Source: Macrostomum lignano (taxonomy: Eukaryota). From it: a stretch of 64,000 nucleotides of DNA. The stretch is from contig NIVC01001523.1 in NCBI GenBank assembly GCA_002269645.1, positions 210,183-274,182 on the forward strand, written 5' to 3'. This document shows positions 13,351 to 24,614 of the stretch, piece after piece. The translations under genes and the position numbers were made by a program. Under the pieces are notes generated by a model. The model did not search any database and was not told the DNA's origin. It was given only the letters and a program-made list of their open reading frames with translations. The first letter of the stretch is position 1. Each line of letters opens with the position of its first letter.

Positions 13351-13573
13351 TTAAGCGAAATCAGGACTTTCCGCCTAACTCGTAAAGATTCCTACTCGTC
13401 CGTATAGCAAGGAATTCTTACTGCAAGTTTCAAAGATAGGAAAAAAAATCAAGGAAGATAAAAAACATAAGGCGTTTACACTTGTCGCTATTGACAAATT
13501 TCTAAAATTCTGACTCATTCTTTGCCTCTACTCATCGTTTAGGATTCATATTTCACCTTACTATAAGCTTGTA

Positions 13574-14071
13574 ATGCACTTTAGGCACGACTCGCCTTTT
13601 CATTTCATCGACTGCTTGAAACCAATGGTTTCAGAGTCGGAAAATTCGATTTGCATTCGTTTTGAGGGCATACACGTAGCTGATGTCCAGAAGAAGCTAG
13701 GGCACAAGCAGGGGTACGGCAAGCCTGCTCAAACTAGGCTTGAAGAATTCTACAAAGAAATGAAAAAAAGCTTGGCCTATAAACCAAGAAATGGAAAGTT
13801 GTTGTCTTGGGAAGTGAAGGATAATATGGAAGTACCAGAAGATTTATTGTTCCGCAAGTACACATACGGCCCAAAAAGCATACGAATTCTGGCAGTTATC
13901 AATCCACAGCGCAGATTCGTCGTCATTTGGGCGATTAACGATCATGACGGCAACTACCATTTCCACTACAAGGAATATCTTGACATCATTAGTCTCTGGG
14001 AGCGAGGATTAACTACCGAAAATGGCGTTACAAAAATCACTCGCCCAGAACCGAACCCGCTGCCGCGATGA
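13574..14071 (+). CDS. Uncharacterised 165-aa ORF or terminal exon with RelE/ParE-like motif order
   Basis: Non-repetitive, globular-looking ORF. Acceptor-like ctttag at 13579-13584 and AATAAA at 14466. Motifs KPRNGKLL, FRKYTYG, SIRILAVIN, RFVVIWAINDH..Y. The fold call is by eye only. Confidence 0.6.
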   Translation: MHFRHDSPFHFIDCLKPMVSESENSICIRFEGIHVADVQKKLGHKQGYGKPAQTRLEEFYKEMKKSLAYKPRNGKLLSWEVKDNMEVPEDLLFRKYTYGPKSIRILAVINPQRRFVVIWAINDHDGNYHFHYKEYLDIISLWERGLTTENGVTKITRPEPNPLPR

Positions 14072-15089
14072 TCTCTACATAAAGAAACCATAGAAACGGG
14101 ATTTTTCTAGACTGACTCTGTCTATGACAAAGACCCATTTACAGCTATGCGATCTCCAACGATATACAAAAAAATGTTTCCTTGGTTTTGGTTGTCTTAT
14201 CGTTTCTTATCAAAAATCGTTTTTTTCACTTCTAGCCTATCTAGCCTATCTAGCCTATTTAATCTATCCTAAAGCATGTACGCGTTCTTGTTTTAATTAA
14301 CTACTAGAACATTTTTTGTTACAATGTACTCGCTTTGGTGATTTTTTTCAATCGTTGATTTTAGTATATAAGACTGTTAAATGACTATAATCTCAATGCT
14401 TTAACCTACAAATTGACTGTACCATCTGGAACTACAATAATTGAATCTTGCCATCATTATTCATTAATAAATAATGGAGCCGGTTTCCTTTTATCATAAA
14501 TAAATTCGAATATCATTGACAGTTTAGTCAATTTGTCGCTCTGCTGTTTGTTGTGTCGTGTAACCTGACAGACCAACTTAATGATAGATTATATTTTACG
14601 CCAATATTTCTACTATAACGTAAATGCTACCTATATTATTATTGTCTATTACTTATACTGCCACTTTAAGTAGAGTAGTTGATAAATTATCTGTATAATG
14701 TATTATTAATCACGTGATATCTCTTGGCTCTTGAATTTATCGATCGTGCAGTTTTTCTAGTGTAGTTAAAATATCGATCATGTAGTTTTTCTTAAATAAC
14801 AAAAATATAAATAAAGCAACTGTGCGCACCTAGCACTTTACTTTTCAACTCAACGGAAAACTTCAAGCCTTGGCTACACAACACTGCTCACATATTATTT
14901 TAGAAAAGTTTTTTGTCCAACAAAAGCCCTTTTTTACGGTTGAAATTCGGTTTGCCATTTTTATAAACAATTGGACGAGCGATACGACTGGACACTAATT
15001 TGAATTCGTTAAATAGTGTCAAAACATTGAATGGGTTGTAAAATCAAGCTTATATTTTTGGGAGGATTCATAGTACGTTATATATGATT

Positions 15090-15540
15090 TCACACCTGAG
15101 AAACACCCTAATCCACACCTGAGCCACATCCTCATCCACACCTGAGCCACATCCTCATCCACACCTGAGCCACATCCTCATCCACACCTGAGCCACATCC
15201 TCATCCACACCTTAGCCAAATCCTAATCCACACCTGAGCCACATCCTGTTCCACGCCTGAGCCTCATCCTCATCCACACCTTAGCCAAATCCTAATCCAC
15301 ACCTGAGTCACATCCTGATCCACACCTGAGTAACACCCTAATCCACGCCTGAGCCGCATCCTAATCCACACCTGATCCACATCCTCATCCACACCTGAGC
15401 CACATCCTGATCCACACCTGAGCCACATTATGATCCACACTTGAACCGCATCCTGATCCACACCTGAGCCACAATATGATCCACACTTGAGCCACATCCT
15501 AATCCACACCTGAGCCACATTATGATCCACACTTGAGTCG
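15090..15540. repeat. 23-bp minisatellite (atccacacctgagccacatcctc)
   Basis: Tandem copies with period 23. Confidence 0.93.
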
Positions 15541-15639
15541 CATTCTCACCCACCTTCAGCCACTTCAGCTGAGAATTTTTATCGGAAGGAATAATGAGGT
15601 CTTTCAGATGCAAAACATTTCAACAGTTCAGCTTGAAAT

Positions 15640-15852
15640 TCATGCAGACTTCTTCGTCGCCTTGATCAACGTTTCACGCCACAGCTCTGCTTCAACGGAG
15701 GTTTGGAAGCTGATAGCTAGCAGCAGCCGCTGCTCCAAGACTTCATCAGTCGGTAGGAGGCTGGAAGATGTTGGCGATGAAGTTCCACCAGCAGCGGCGG
15801 CTTTTGGATTGCCAAGCAGAAGCAGCTTGTTGCCGGGAGAAGCAGATTCGAT
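15640..15852 (-). CDS. Terminal exon of a PH-like domain protein
   Basis: Acceptor ctttag|ATC, 70 codons then TGA. LLLAISFQTSVEAELWRETLIKA matches the PH beta7 plus C-terminal Trp helix pattern. Confidence 0.6.
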   Translation of the reverse strand: MESASPGNKLLLLGNPKAAAAGGTSSPTSSSLLPTDEVLEQRLLLAISFQTSVEAELWRETLIKATKKSA

Positions 15853-15981
15853 CTAAAGAATCAGTTATATACATGTAGGTGATGCGAAAAGGTAGCGAAT
15901 ACGCTGAAGTGTACCCATGCCGTGCTGCTCACTTTGACACTGTGACAAAGGCACTTCACGCGCAGGAATCCATGCTCTTAC

Positions 15982-16280
15982 CTTAATCCCCGTGCCACGC
16001 AGCGCGAGACGCCCTATCAATGGGCCAAAGCAGCCTCCGCAATCGGCTGCGTCTCCAGGCAATGCTAAGTACATTTTGAGCACGCCCGAGTCCAGATGAA
16101 GCTCTAGCCTAGTCGCCGTGGTGACAGAGCCGATTGTCACACCTGGCGACATCAGAATGAGCAGGACATTTTGAGCACTGGTCAACAAGTTATAACTGCT
16201 GGCGTCCTTGGATCGGGCTTCATTGTCTGGCGTGGCTTTTGCCTCGAAGTAGCGGAGAAAGCACATACTCAAGTACGGCA
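15982..16280 (-). CDS. Penultimate exon of a PH-like domain protein (5' boundary uncertain)
   Basis: Reads TRLELHLDSGVLKMY...LIGRLALRGTGIK followed by donor aag|gtaaga (phase 0). The acceptor could be at 16281 or 16143. Confidence 0.5.
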
Positions 16281-17821
16281 CTCAGTAAAAGACTGGCTAG
16301 GGGAGCTCAATGCGCACAGTTTTCCGCTCGAATGGGATCCGATCGAAATTTATATCGGGAAAAAATCCACTGATATCGGAGGTGGCGAAATTTCATCTAG
16401 AAGATTATAACTAGCCAACAGATGGCTCTCAAAGCTGGAAGAGAACTTGAAGACTAGATCAACAAACTGATTCGCTTTGATTGACAGGATCGCTACGCAG
16501 TTAGTTCTCTCCTAGGATCATTTTCCATATCTTGGCTGCATTTGCTTGAAACCTTCTTGCCGCGGATATTTTATTGGCCAAATTATTTTTCCGAAACATC
16601 TAAGGAACTCGTGCCGACAGCTGTAGTTACGGTGGATGGAGATTCGAAATCGAGTCGAGTTTGAGTGCACTTTTAAGTACAGCACGGGTGCAGTGTGCGA
16701 TTTCTTTCCTCGGACATTCTCAGTAGGGTGACAATTTGATAGAATAATAACGGAACATCCTGCAGATAGAGTTTACTTGATGGCTTCCGCGTCCTTTTGT
16801 GCTTTCACAAGCACAAAGGTGTTTCTTAAAGTTTGCATGGCATGGACACGCGGCCTAAGAAATGCAATTAGAACGACAAGACAATAATTGCCGAGAAGTT
16901 TGTGGGAACTCGAAAATCGAAAAAAGCAAACCTATGAGTAGCTGTTTCATGGATTTTACAAGCTACATGTGGATTAGAATACCGGCATCCAACATTGAAG
17001 GCATGTAGAAAAAGCTTCCGCTTCGTTACAACCGATTTTGGATCGAGTGTAACTGTTTCATTTTAAAGCTGAATAAATTTTCCAAAACTTCTGCGTAAAA
17101 AGCATGCATATGAGACAATAATATAAAAGTCTGCAAAATATATGTAAACCAGTCTGTGCATCTTAAAACTGGATTTTATATCCATTGTCCCAACAAAAGC
17201 GCACGAATGCGGCATGTGGGAAACGCATACAGTTTATCGATCGTTTAGGTACGAGCGTAGGAGTTAGGGTAGATGAACTACATGTATTTTGAAGGTGCGA
17301 TTTATATGGGCTCCGGCTCCCTAACAAAAACCGACCACTTATCCTAAACAGACATGAGAAAGGGGGTCACAGGGACAAAGGCATACGGTTGCTGGTTAAA
17401 ACTCGCTTCCTCATTGACTATTCTGGAATTCTTCCTTAATTGCAGACAGAAGTGCGGTAAAAAGAAAGAAAACAGGAATTTTGAAGTCTTTTTTAAGTTT
17501 TCCGAATCTACCCTCTGTGGCGCTTGTCGATCGAAACGATCAGAGGTGTTAGAAAAAAAGTTTTGGACTATATGCCAACAACAAGAATATACAAATACCA
17601 TGGTAACCGAAACGTCTTCCTCTGGTCTGTTACATCAGCCAACCAGCATCACTTTCTTTTGATGCGCCTTCCCCAACATCCGGAGGGTTTAGCTCTTAGT
17701 AGATGAGTGAGATTCTGTGAGAAAGCAGAACTCTCTGTGGATATTTCTAAAAATCAAATTACCACTGCTTTATAATTTCTTTTTGGACTTTGATTTCTCT
17801 GGTAGCAGTTTCGTCGCAACA

Positions 17822-18512
17822 ATGGGTGTGCAAGCAAGGCTGGCGTTGATTTTGTTGGCTCTACAATTTCCAGTTGCGATGCTGGAAACCTGCAACCTGA
17901 TCACCGGCCACTTGTGCATCAGGAGCGACTTCATTGAAACCCGAGGTGGCTCTGGGACAAAATATTTCTGTGTCTCGATGTGCAGCCGCAACAGGCGCGT
18001 TGTCAGGCGTTCAGCCTGGCTGACGGTCCGTGCCAGCTGTTCGTGTTCGACAAGTGCAGCAAGTCGGTGAGGAACTGCGGCTGCTCCAGGAGAGGCCGGG
18101 TGTTTGTGAAGCAGCAGCCGGGACTCGAGGCGGGCGCGCTGTGCCCGTCTGGCTACGGAGACGACCTGTGCGGAGTGAAGTACAAGCTGCTCAATGGAGC
18201 GGACTTCTGCTGGCCGAGCAGACAGAAGTGCGAGTCGGAGAGCGGTCTGGCGATCATGGCCGACATGATGGACGCCACCGAGATGAGCCACGTGTAGACG
18301 ATCTACAGCAAGTACAGCACTGGATTTTCGATGTGGCTGGTACTGGGTCGGCTGCAACATCACCGTTGACGACAGCCTGTGGAACGCGAGGGAGCCGGTC
18401 ACACGGAGAAAATGTGATCGGCCGATATTACCGTCGGGACAACCTGGCTGACTTCTGGGAATCGGTGGACAGATTTCGAGTCCTGTGCGAGTGCGTGTTG
18501 AAGAAAAATTAA
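17822..18512 (+). pseudogene. Signal peptide + PAN/apple-like + C-type lectin-like gene, disrupted
   Basis: MGVQARLALILLAL signal. CVSMC..(frameshift)..RCQAFSLADGPCQLF is PAN-like. CPSGY...C, WYWVGC, LWNAREP and VLCEC are CTLD-like. In-frame TAG at 18295 plus frameshifts. Confidence 0.7.
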
Positions 18513-18984
18513 CTTATTAACCAAACAAATTAAACCTGCTTAAAGAGAATGAACTTACTCGTATTTAAAGTAAAAACATTTTATGCTGTTGTATTCTAAG
18601 CTTGTTAAGTTTTATTTTTACCAGCAGCAGATCAAAACAGCTCCATCCTCTATCATAGCAGTAGAAAAACCGCTTAACGAACCTGCTCTCAGCAGGCTCT
18701 TTTTGTCAACATTGGATTAGCTAATCCTAAATATGTTCTCAGAGATATAACAATAGCCTCTTAACTTTTTCCAAACTGATTTCCGAAATAAAAGTCTTTA
18801 AGCTTTAAAGTCTGTCTGACATATTTATCATAAATCATTGACTTAACGAAAACTGCGATGGGACGTTTGATTCAATGTACAAATTAATTTACAAAATAAA
18901 ACTTTGTATATATGGCTCGTAGCTTCGAAGTCAAATGACTGAAAGCAAACATCAGCTTAAGCGTTTAAATTGAGTCAGGAGGAG

Positions 18985-19410
18985 TGTGCCCGCCAGGCTA
19001 CGGAGAGGCGACCTGTAGGGAGTGAAGTACAAGCTGCACTTTAAGGCCGATTTATGCAGTGGCCGAGCAGACGCCTGTGCGAGTCGGAGAGCCGCCTCCG
19101 AGGTGGACGCCTCCGAGATGAGCCACGTGGACTCGATCTACGATAGCTGGGCGAAACGCACCTCGTTCTAGCTGGGCGGCCTCCTGCCGGCTGGCAGCCC
19201 GGAGCCAGCAGGCGGCTGGTACTGGGTCGGCTGTAACATCTCCGTTGACGCCAGCCTGAGGGGCAGCGGAGAGCCCCAGGATCCGGAGAATGCTATCGGA
19301 AGGTGGTTCGGTCACGACAATCAATCCAACTTCAGAGACTACTCCGCACTCCACGTCCCGTCCTGTGCGAATGCTGGTCTCCATGCATTCAACTGAGAGT
19401 TGCAGCTAAT
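18985..19410 (+). pseudogene. Second, 5'-truncated tandem copy of the C-type lectin-like region
   Basis: Clear nucleotide similarity to 18140-18500 (gtgaagtacaagctg, gagatgagccacgtg, ggctggtactgggtcggctg). Has its own in-frame TAG (ttc tag ctg ggc ggc) and frameshifts. Confidence 0.7.
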
Positions 19411-20368
19411 ATTTAATTGGTCTCGAGTGGTTGAAAATTTAAACAAAAAATTCTTTAAAACTGTTTTCACACAAGTTGGATGAAATATAGTATCATACCA
19501 GGGTATGCAGGGTCATTTTCTAATCGGCCCGAAAATGTTCCTTTAACATGACATTCTTGAAACCCGGTTCAGTACATTCTCCTCCTTTTCCCAGTGTGGC
19601 TATGGAAAAGGACGTCCGAGGAAGAAATTCAATCACTCCGACGTCTCCGATAGCATATTTTGATTTAGACTGCTGTATATAACGAAAATGAAATATTAAT
19701 AACTACTGTACACAACTTTATAAAATCTATGCAGAGTACATGCTGTGCATGCTTAGTTAAAGAAATGGTAGTCTTCACTGCCCCAGATCAAAAGCAAATT
19801 AATAGACTTTTTGATAAAAAAAATTCTACATGTATGTGTGCATTTATTCCAGGAAATTGCATGGCCTCGTAAAAATTCACCAGCTTCGAAGTTTTACATG
19901 CATATGTACATCCTGTTAAAATACAGTGACCCATGTATTATCAATCCTGCACACTGCAGACGTGCACGCGGAGATACATATGTACTCATATGTACATGTA
20001 CTCATTGTAAACATGCACATGTACATGTACGACACATTTTTGCAAGTACTTTTCGTAAATAAATTTCTTCTATGAAACTACTTTTAACAGCAAGCAGAAG
20101 TTTTGGTAATCTTCTCAAGCAAGTTGACTTTTATAAGGTTTGTTGATTAAATATTTTTCTCTTCACACATACATCTTACACAGACTTTCTCACGGCTCTT
20201 TCCCATTCCATCACATGCGATTAACTAACCTGTTTGTATTTTTTAATAAATATATGCAGTAGCCCCACGAAAATTGTAATCGTCTATAATCGTTTGAAGA
20301 AGATATCAAAAGTAAAAGGTAGCAGCTGACATATGCAGCAAGAGACTACATTAAACAGCTGGGACTAA

Positions 20369-20645
20369 CCCGTTGAAAACAATGGTTAATCTTGAAAGTA
20401 AATATACGAGAAGTAACTTTTGGTAGGTTAAATTTACTACAGTTTAACTTTCGAAAAAGGAATTGTACATAAATTAACCACACGGACACTTTGTAGGTTA
20501 AATTTCGGTTTACAAACTGGTAAATTAACGTGAACTTATCCTCCTTAAAAGCAAAGTGACGTCAAATAACGTTTATTTACCTTAAATTACGTTAATAAAC
20601 CTTTAGGCTGTAAGTTACATGTAATTAACCCCCGTTTTCTATGGG
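20369..20645. mobile_element. Small MITE-like element with CCC...GGG termini
   Basis: Imperfect 22-bp TIRs: cccgttgaaaacaatggttaat versus the reverse complement of attaacccccgttttctatggg (17/22 identical). AA on both flanks is a possible 2-bp TSD. Confidence 0.45.
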
Positions 20646-21239
20646 AAGCTTATACATATGTAATTGTAGTGCTGGCATCTCTCTCAAAGATTCAAGGCTA
20701 AATCAGACAAATGATGGATTAAATCAATTGAATAATTTCAGAAGAGTTTTACTCAAAATAGTACTTTTGGAGTGCTTTACATGTATCGACAATGCATGGT
20801 AATACGAACCAATCGACAAATGTAAACAACCAAGTAAATGAAAAAGCTTAAAATCCAATCCTACGTTGGGTAATTTATAGTGTTAAAATTTAAAGTTTAA
20901 TTGTGATAAAATATGTATTATGGATGATATACGATTGTATTTTTTAAACTAAGGCTGTTTCTACGAAACCAAATTTTACTAAGCACTGATTTAAAATTTT
21001 GTTTTTCCGCGAAAGTTGCTAAGCTGAAAGCTAGCGCAAAGTGAAGCCTATAAAGTAAGAAATGTACATCTTTTAAGTTATATATACTGCGTGAACAAAA
21101 AACTGTTGGAAGTTTCTCGAAAAAAATCTTAGTTTCGCTAATTTCGCACTATTTTCCTCCCGGATTTAGCACATACAGTTATTGTACTGTTTCAATCTTG
21201 AAAGGTGTAACTTGTAAGAGCTTTTGATTTAAAATTTAT

Positions 21240-21363
21240 ATGGCCAAAGCGTACGATTATTTATTCAAGCTTTTGCTTATCGGTGATAGTGGCGTCGGAA
21301 AAACATGTTTGCTGGTTCGTTTCGCTGAAGATAATTTTTCTCCGACATTTATATCAACCATAG
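21240..21363 (+). CDS. Rab8: Rab8-family GTPase exon 1
   Basis: [41 protein letters not shown] with P-loop GDSGVGKT. Donor g|gtaagt at 21364. Confidence 0.95.
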
Positions 21364-22064
21364 GTAAGTTATGAGATACATTAGAAATAAGTTAAATTAA
21401 AAAAATGCGATTTTCCCTCTTTAATCCTTTTCGTTTTGTATAGCTTATTTTCGTTCAAGAAGGTATTACAATGTCTATATGTTTTGAGAAACTTTGAGTA
21501 TTTAGTCAGTTTTACTTTTCATTTATTTATTATGTTCAACAAGGATCTGATTTAACAAAAGTTGAATATTTTGTATCATGGCTATTGTTACCATTATGAA
21601 TAACATGTTAGTCTCAGTCACTCTATTAAATTTTTCTCATAGGATTTCTCATAGGGAACATTTCTAAAATTTGGTTTAAATACTTGTATCTTTTGAATCT
21701 GATTATGTAAATATGATTTCAAATATTGTAAAATTTGAGCAATGAAACAACTCTTTAGTATTTACATTAAAAACATTTTGTCTTATACATGCCTTTTTGG
21801 GCATGAAGCAAACCTTAATATTCTTTGTAAGTTTAAGATTTTATAACTAATTATGTAATAAGTATATCAGTTAAGTTTTATATAAATGCATAAATTAATC
21901 TTAATTGTATATTTATTATAAGTAGGATATGCAATTTTATTTTGTCCTATTATGCTTTTAATTAGAGGAAAATAACATTAGGAGTTTTATTTAAATAATA
22001 ATTTCTTTTCTTTTTGTCAAATCTAAAGTCAATAAATAGTCTCACTTGCCAATTCTTTTTTTAG

Positions 22065-22125
22065 GAATAGACTTCAAGGTTCGCACTATTGATTTGGATG
22101 GAAAACGTGTTAAACTGCAGATATG
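22065..22125 (+). CDS. Rab8: Rab8-family GTPase exon 2
   Basis: tttag|GA ATA GAC TTC AAG reads GIDFKVRTIDLDGKRVKLQIW. Donor tg|gtaggc. Confidence 0.95.
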
Positions 22126-22224
22126 GTAGGCTACAATTTTTATGCCTGATTATTTAAAGGATGTAGGGTGCACAAAGACAAAAAAGGCATGATTAGACAT
22201 TAAGAGGATAGGGCTATTTAATGA

Positions 22225-22745
22225 GAGATGGTAGAGCTAGATAAAGAGAGGGTAGAGCTGGATAAAGAGAGGGTAGAGCTGGATAAGGGAGAGGGTAGAG
22301 CTGGATCAGGGAGAGGGTAGAGCTGGATAAGGGAGAGGGTAGAGCTGGATAAGGGAGAGGGTAGAGCTGGATAAGGGAGAGGGTAGAGCTGGATAAGGGA
22401 GAGGGTAGAGCTGGATAAGGGAGTGGGTAGAGCTGGATAAGGGAGATGGTAGAGCTGGATAAAGGAGAGGGTAGAGCTGGATAAGGGAGAGGGTAGAGCT
22501 GGATAAGGGAGAGGGTAGAGCTGGATAAGGGAGAGGGTAGAGCTGGATAAGGGAGAGGGTAGAGCTGGATAAGGGAGAGGGTAGAGCTGGATAAGGGAGA
22601 GGGTAGAGCTGGATAAGGGAGAGGGTAGAGCTGGATAAGGGAGAGGGTAGAGCTGGATAAGGGAGAGGGTAGAGCTGGATAAGGGAGAGGGTAGAGCTGG
22701 ATAAGGGAGAGGGTAGAGCTGGATCAGGGAGAGGGTAAAGCTGGG
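22225..22745. repeat. 22-bp purine-rich minisatellite in Rab8 intron 2
   Basis: gggagagggtagagctggataa in tandem. Confidence 0.95.
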
Positions 22746-22835
22746 GCACAGAATCAGATATTCCAGTACAGTACAGTGGTAAATAAAGCAATCTCGCAGC
22801 TAATATAATATTCAATAACCACAACTAATCCGCAG

Positions 22836-23064
22836 GGACACAGCTGGCCAGGAACGGTTCCGCACCATCACCACAGCGTACTACCGCGGCGCTATGGGCA
22901 TCGTTTTAGTTTACGATGTCACTAGTCAGAAGTCGTTTCAAAATATTCGCACCTGGATTGGAAATATCAACGAGCACGCCAGCTCAGATGTTGAGCGAAT
23001 GCTATTAGCTAATAAATGCGACATGCCCGATAGACGGATGGTGGCCACTGAGCAGGGTCAGAAG
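22836..23064 (+). CDS. Rab8: Rab8-family GTPase exon 3
   Basis: [29 protein letters not shown]...ANKCD. Acceptor ccgcag, donor aag|gtgcga. Confidence 0.95.
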
Positions 23065-23144
23065 GTGCGATTGACCTATTTGTGTGACCTGTTTTTAGTG
23101 AACTTTTACTCAAGTTTTCACACCACTACGTTTATGGCCTTTGT

Positions 23145-24215
23145 AACGGGTGTTTCGTGTCCGGTGTGTGTGTCCCGTAGGTGTTTCGTGTCCGGTGTGT
23201 GTGTCCCGTAGGTGTTTCGTGTCCGGTGTGTGTGTCCCGTAGGTGTTTCGTGTCCGGTGTGTGTGTGTCCCGTAGGTGTTTCGTGTCCGGTGTGTGTGTG
23301 TCCCGTAGGTGTTTCGTGTCCGGTGTGTGTGTCCCGTAGGTGTTTCGTGTCCGGTGTGTGTGTGTCCCGTAGGTGTTTCGTGTCCGGTGTGTGTGTGTCC
23401 CGTAGGTGTTTCGTGTCCGGTGTGTGTGTCCGGTAGGTATTTCCGTGTTGTCCGGTGTGTGCTTTATGTCCGGTGCGTGCTTCATGTCCAGTGTGTGCTT
23501 CATGTCCGGTGGGTGTTTCCGTGTTGTCCGGTGTGTGTTTCATGTCCGGTGGGTGTTTCCGTGTTGTCCGGTGTGTGTTTTATGTCCGGTGGGTGTTTCC
23601 GTGTTGTCCTGTGTGTGTTTCATATCCGGTGGGTGTTTCCGTGTTGTCCTGTGTGTGTTTCATATCCGGTGGGTGTTTCCGTGTTGTCCGGTGGGTGTTT
23701 CCGTGTTGTCCTGTGTGTGTTTCATATCCGGTGGGTGTTTCCGTGTTGTCCGGTGTGTGCTTCACGTCCGGTGTGTGCTTTATCTCCGGTGTGTGCTTCA
23801 TGTCCGGTGTGTGTTTTCGTGTCCGGTGTGTATTTTCGTGTCCGGTGTGTATTTTCGTGTCCGGTGTGTGTTTTCGTGTCCGGTGTGTATTTTCGTTTCC
23901 GGTGTGTATTTTCGTGTCCGGTGTGTATTTTCGTGTCCGGTGTGTGTTTTCGTGTCCGGTGTGTATTTTCGTTTCCGGTGTGTATTTTCGTGTCCGGTGT
24001 GTATTTTCGTGTCCGGTGTGTGTTTTCGTGTCCGGTGTGTATTTTCGTTTCCGGTGTGTATTTTCGTGTCCGGTGTGTGTTTTCGTGTCCGGTGTGTATT
24101 TTCGTTTCCGGTGTGTATTTTCGTGTCCGGTGTGTGTTTTCGTGTCCGGTGTGTGTTTTCGTGTCCGGTGTGTATTTTCGTGTCCGGTGTGTTTCTCTGA
24201 CCGGTGTGTGTTTTT
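23145..24215. repeat. Composite GT-rich minisatellite in Rab8 intron 3
   Basis: Three related unit types sharing gtgtccggtgtgt (about 30 bp, about 40 bp, 18 bp) in successive blocks. Confidence 0.92.
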
Positions 24216-24614
24216 ATCCAGTGGGTGTTTCAGTGTGGGAATTTCTAGCCCGGGGATGTTTCTTAAAGAGCTGGACAATTCTATAAGCAGCTGGCGTCTG
24301 TTTAAACACTTGGTGTTTATAATCTGCATCAAGTGAGGCATTCCAACCCTGCCACAACCGCTAACCGGTTTACACCTGCCAGTCCTGGTCAGCTAAATTT
24401 ATATCTACAAACTCGAATGGCCTGCCTACGAGCGTAAATGTGAAACTTTGAATCAAAATTGAATTCATTCTGCACTTTCAGATTCACTAATAATGCTAAA
24501 ATTTAATTAAGAATTCCTTGCTTCTGATTAAATTCTGGTTAGCAACTATGCACCAATTTCCACTGGATCCATTTTCTAAGTTAGCTGAAAGTAGTATATT
24601 GGGCTTTGATTATC

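Noticed and set aside
13574-14071. Bacterial contamination as the source of the RelE-like ORF
   Set aside because: It is embedded among host-type repeats, splice signals and AATAAA, with no operon-like gene density. Read-level confirmation of the joins is still advisable.
17344-17706. Short overlapping ORFs between the PH-like gene and the lectin pseudogene
   Set aside because: No motif recognised and no consistent exon structure.
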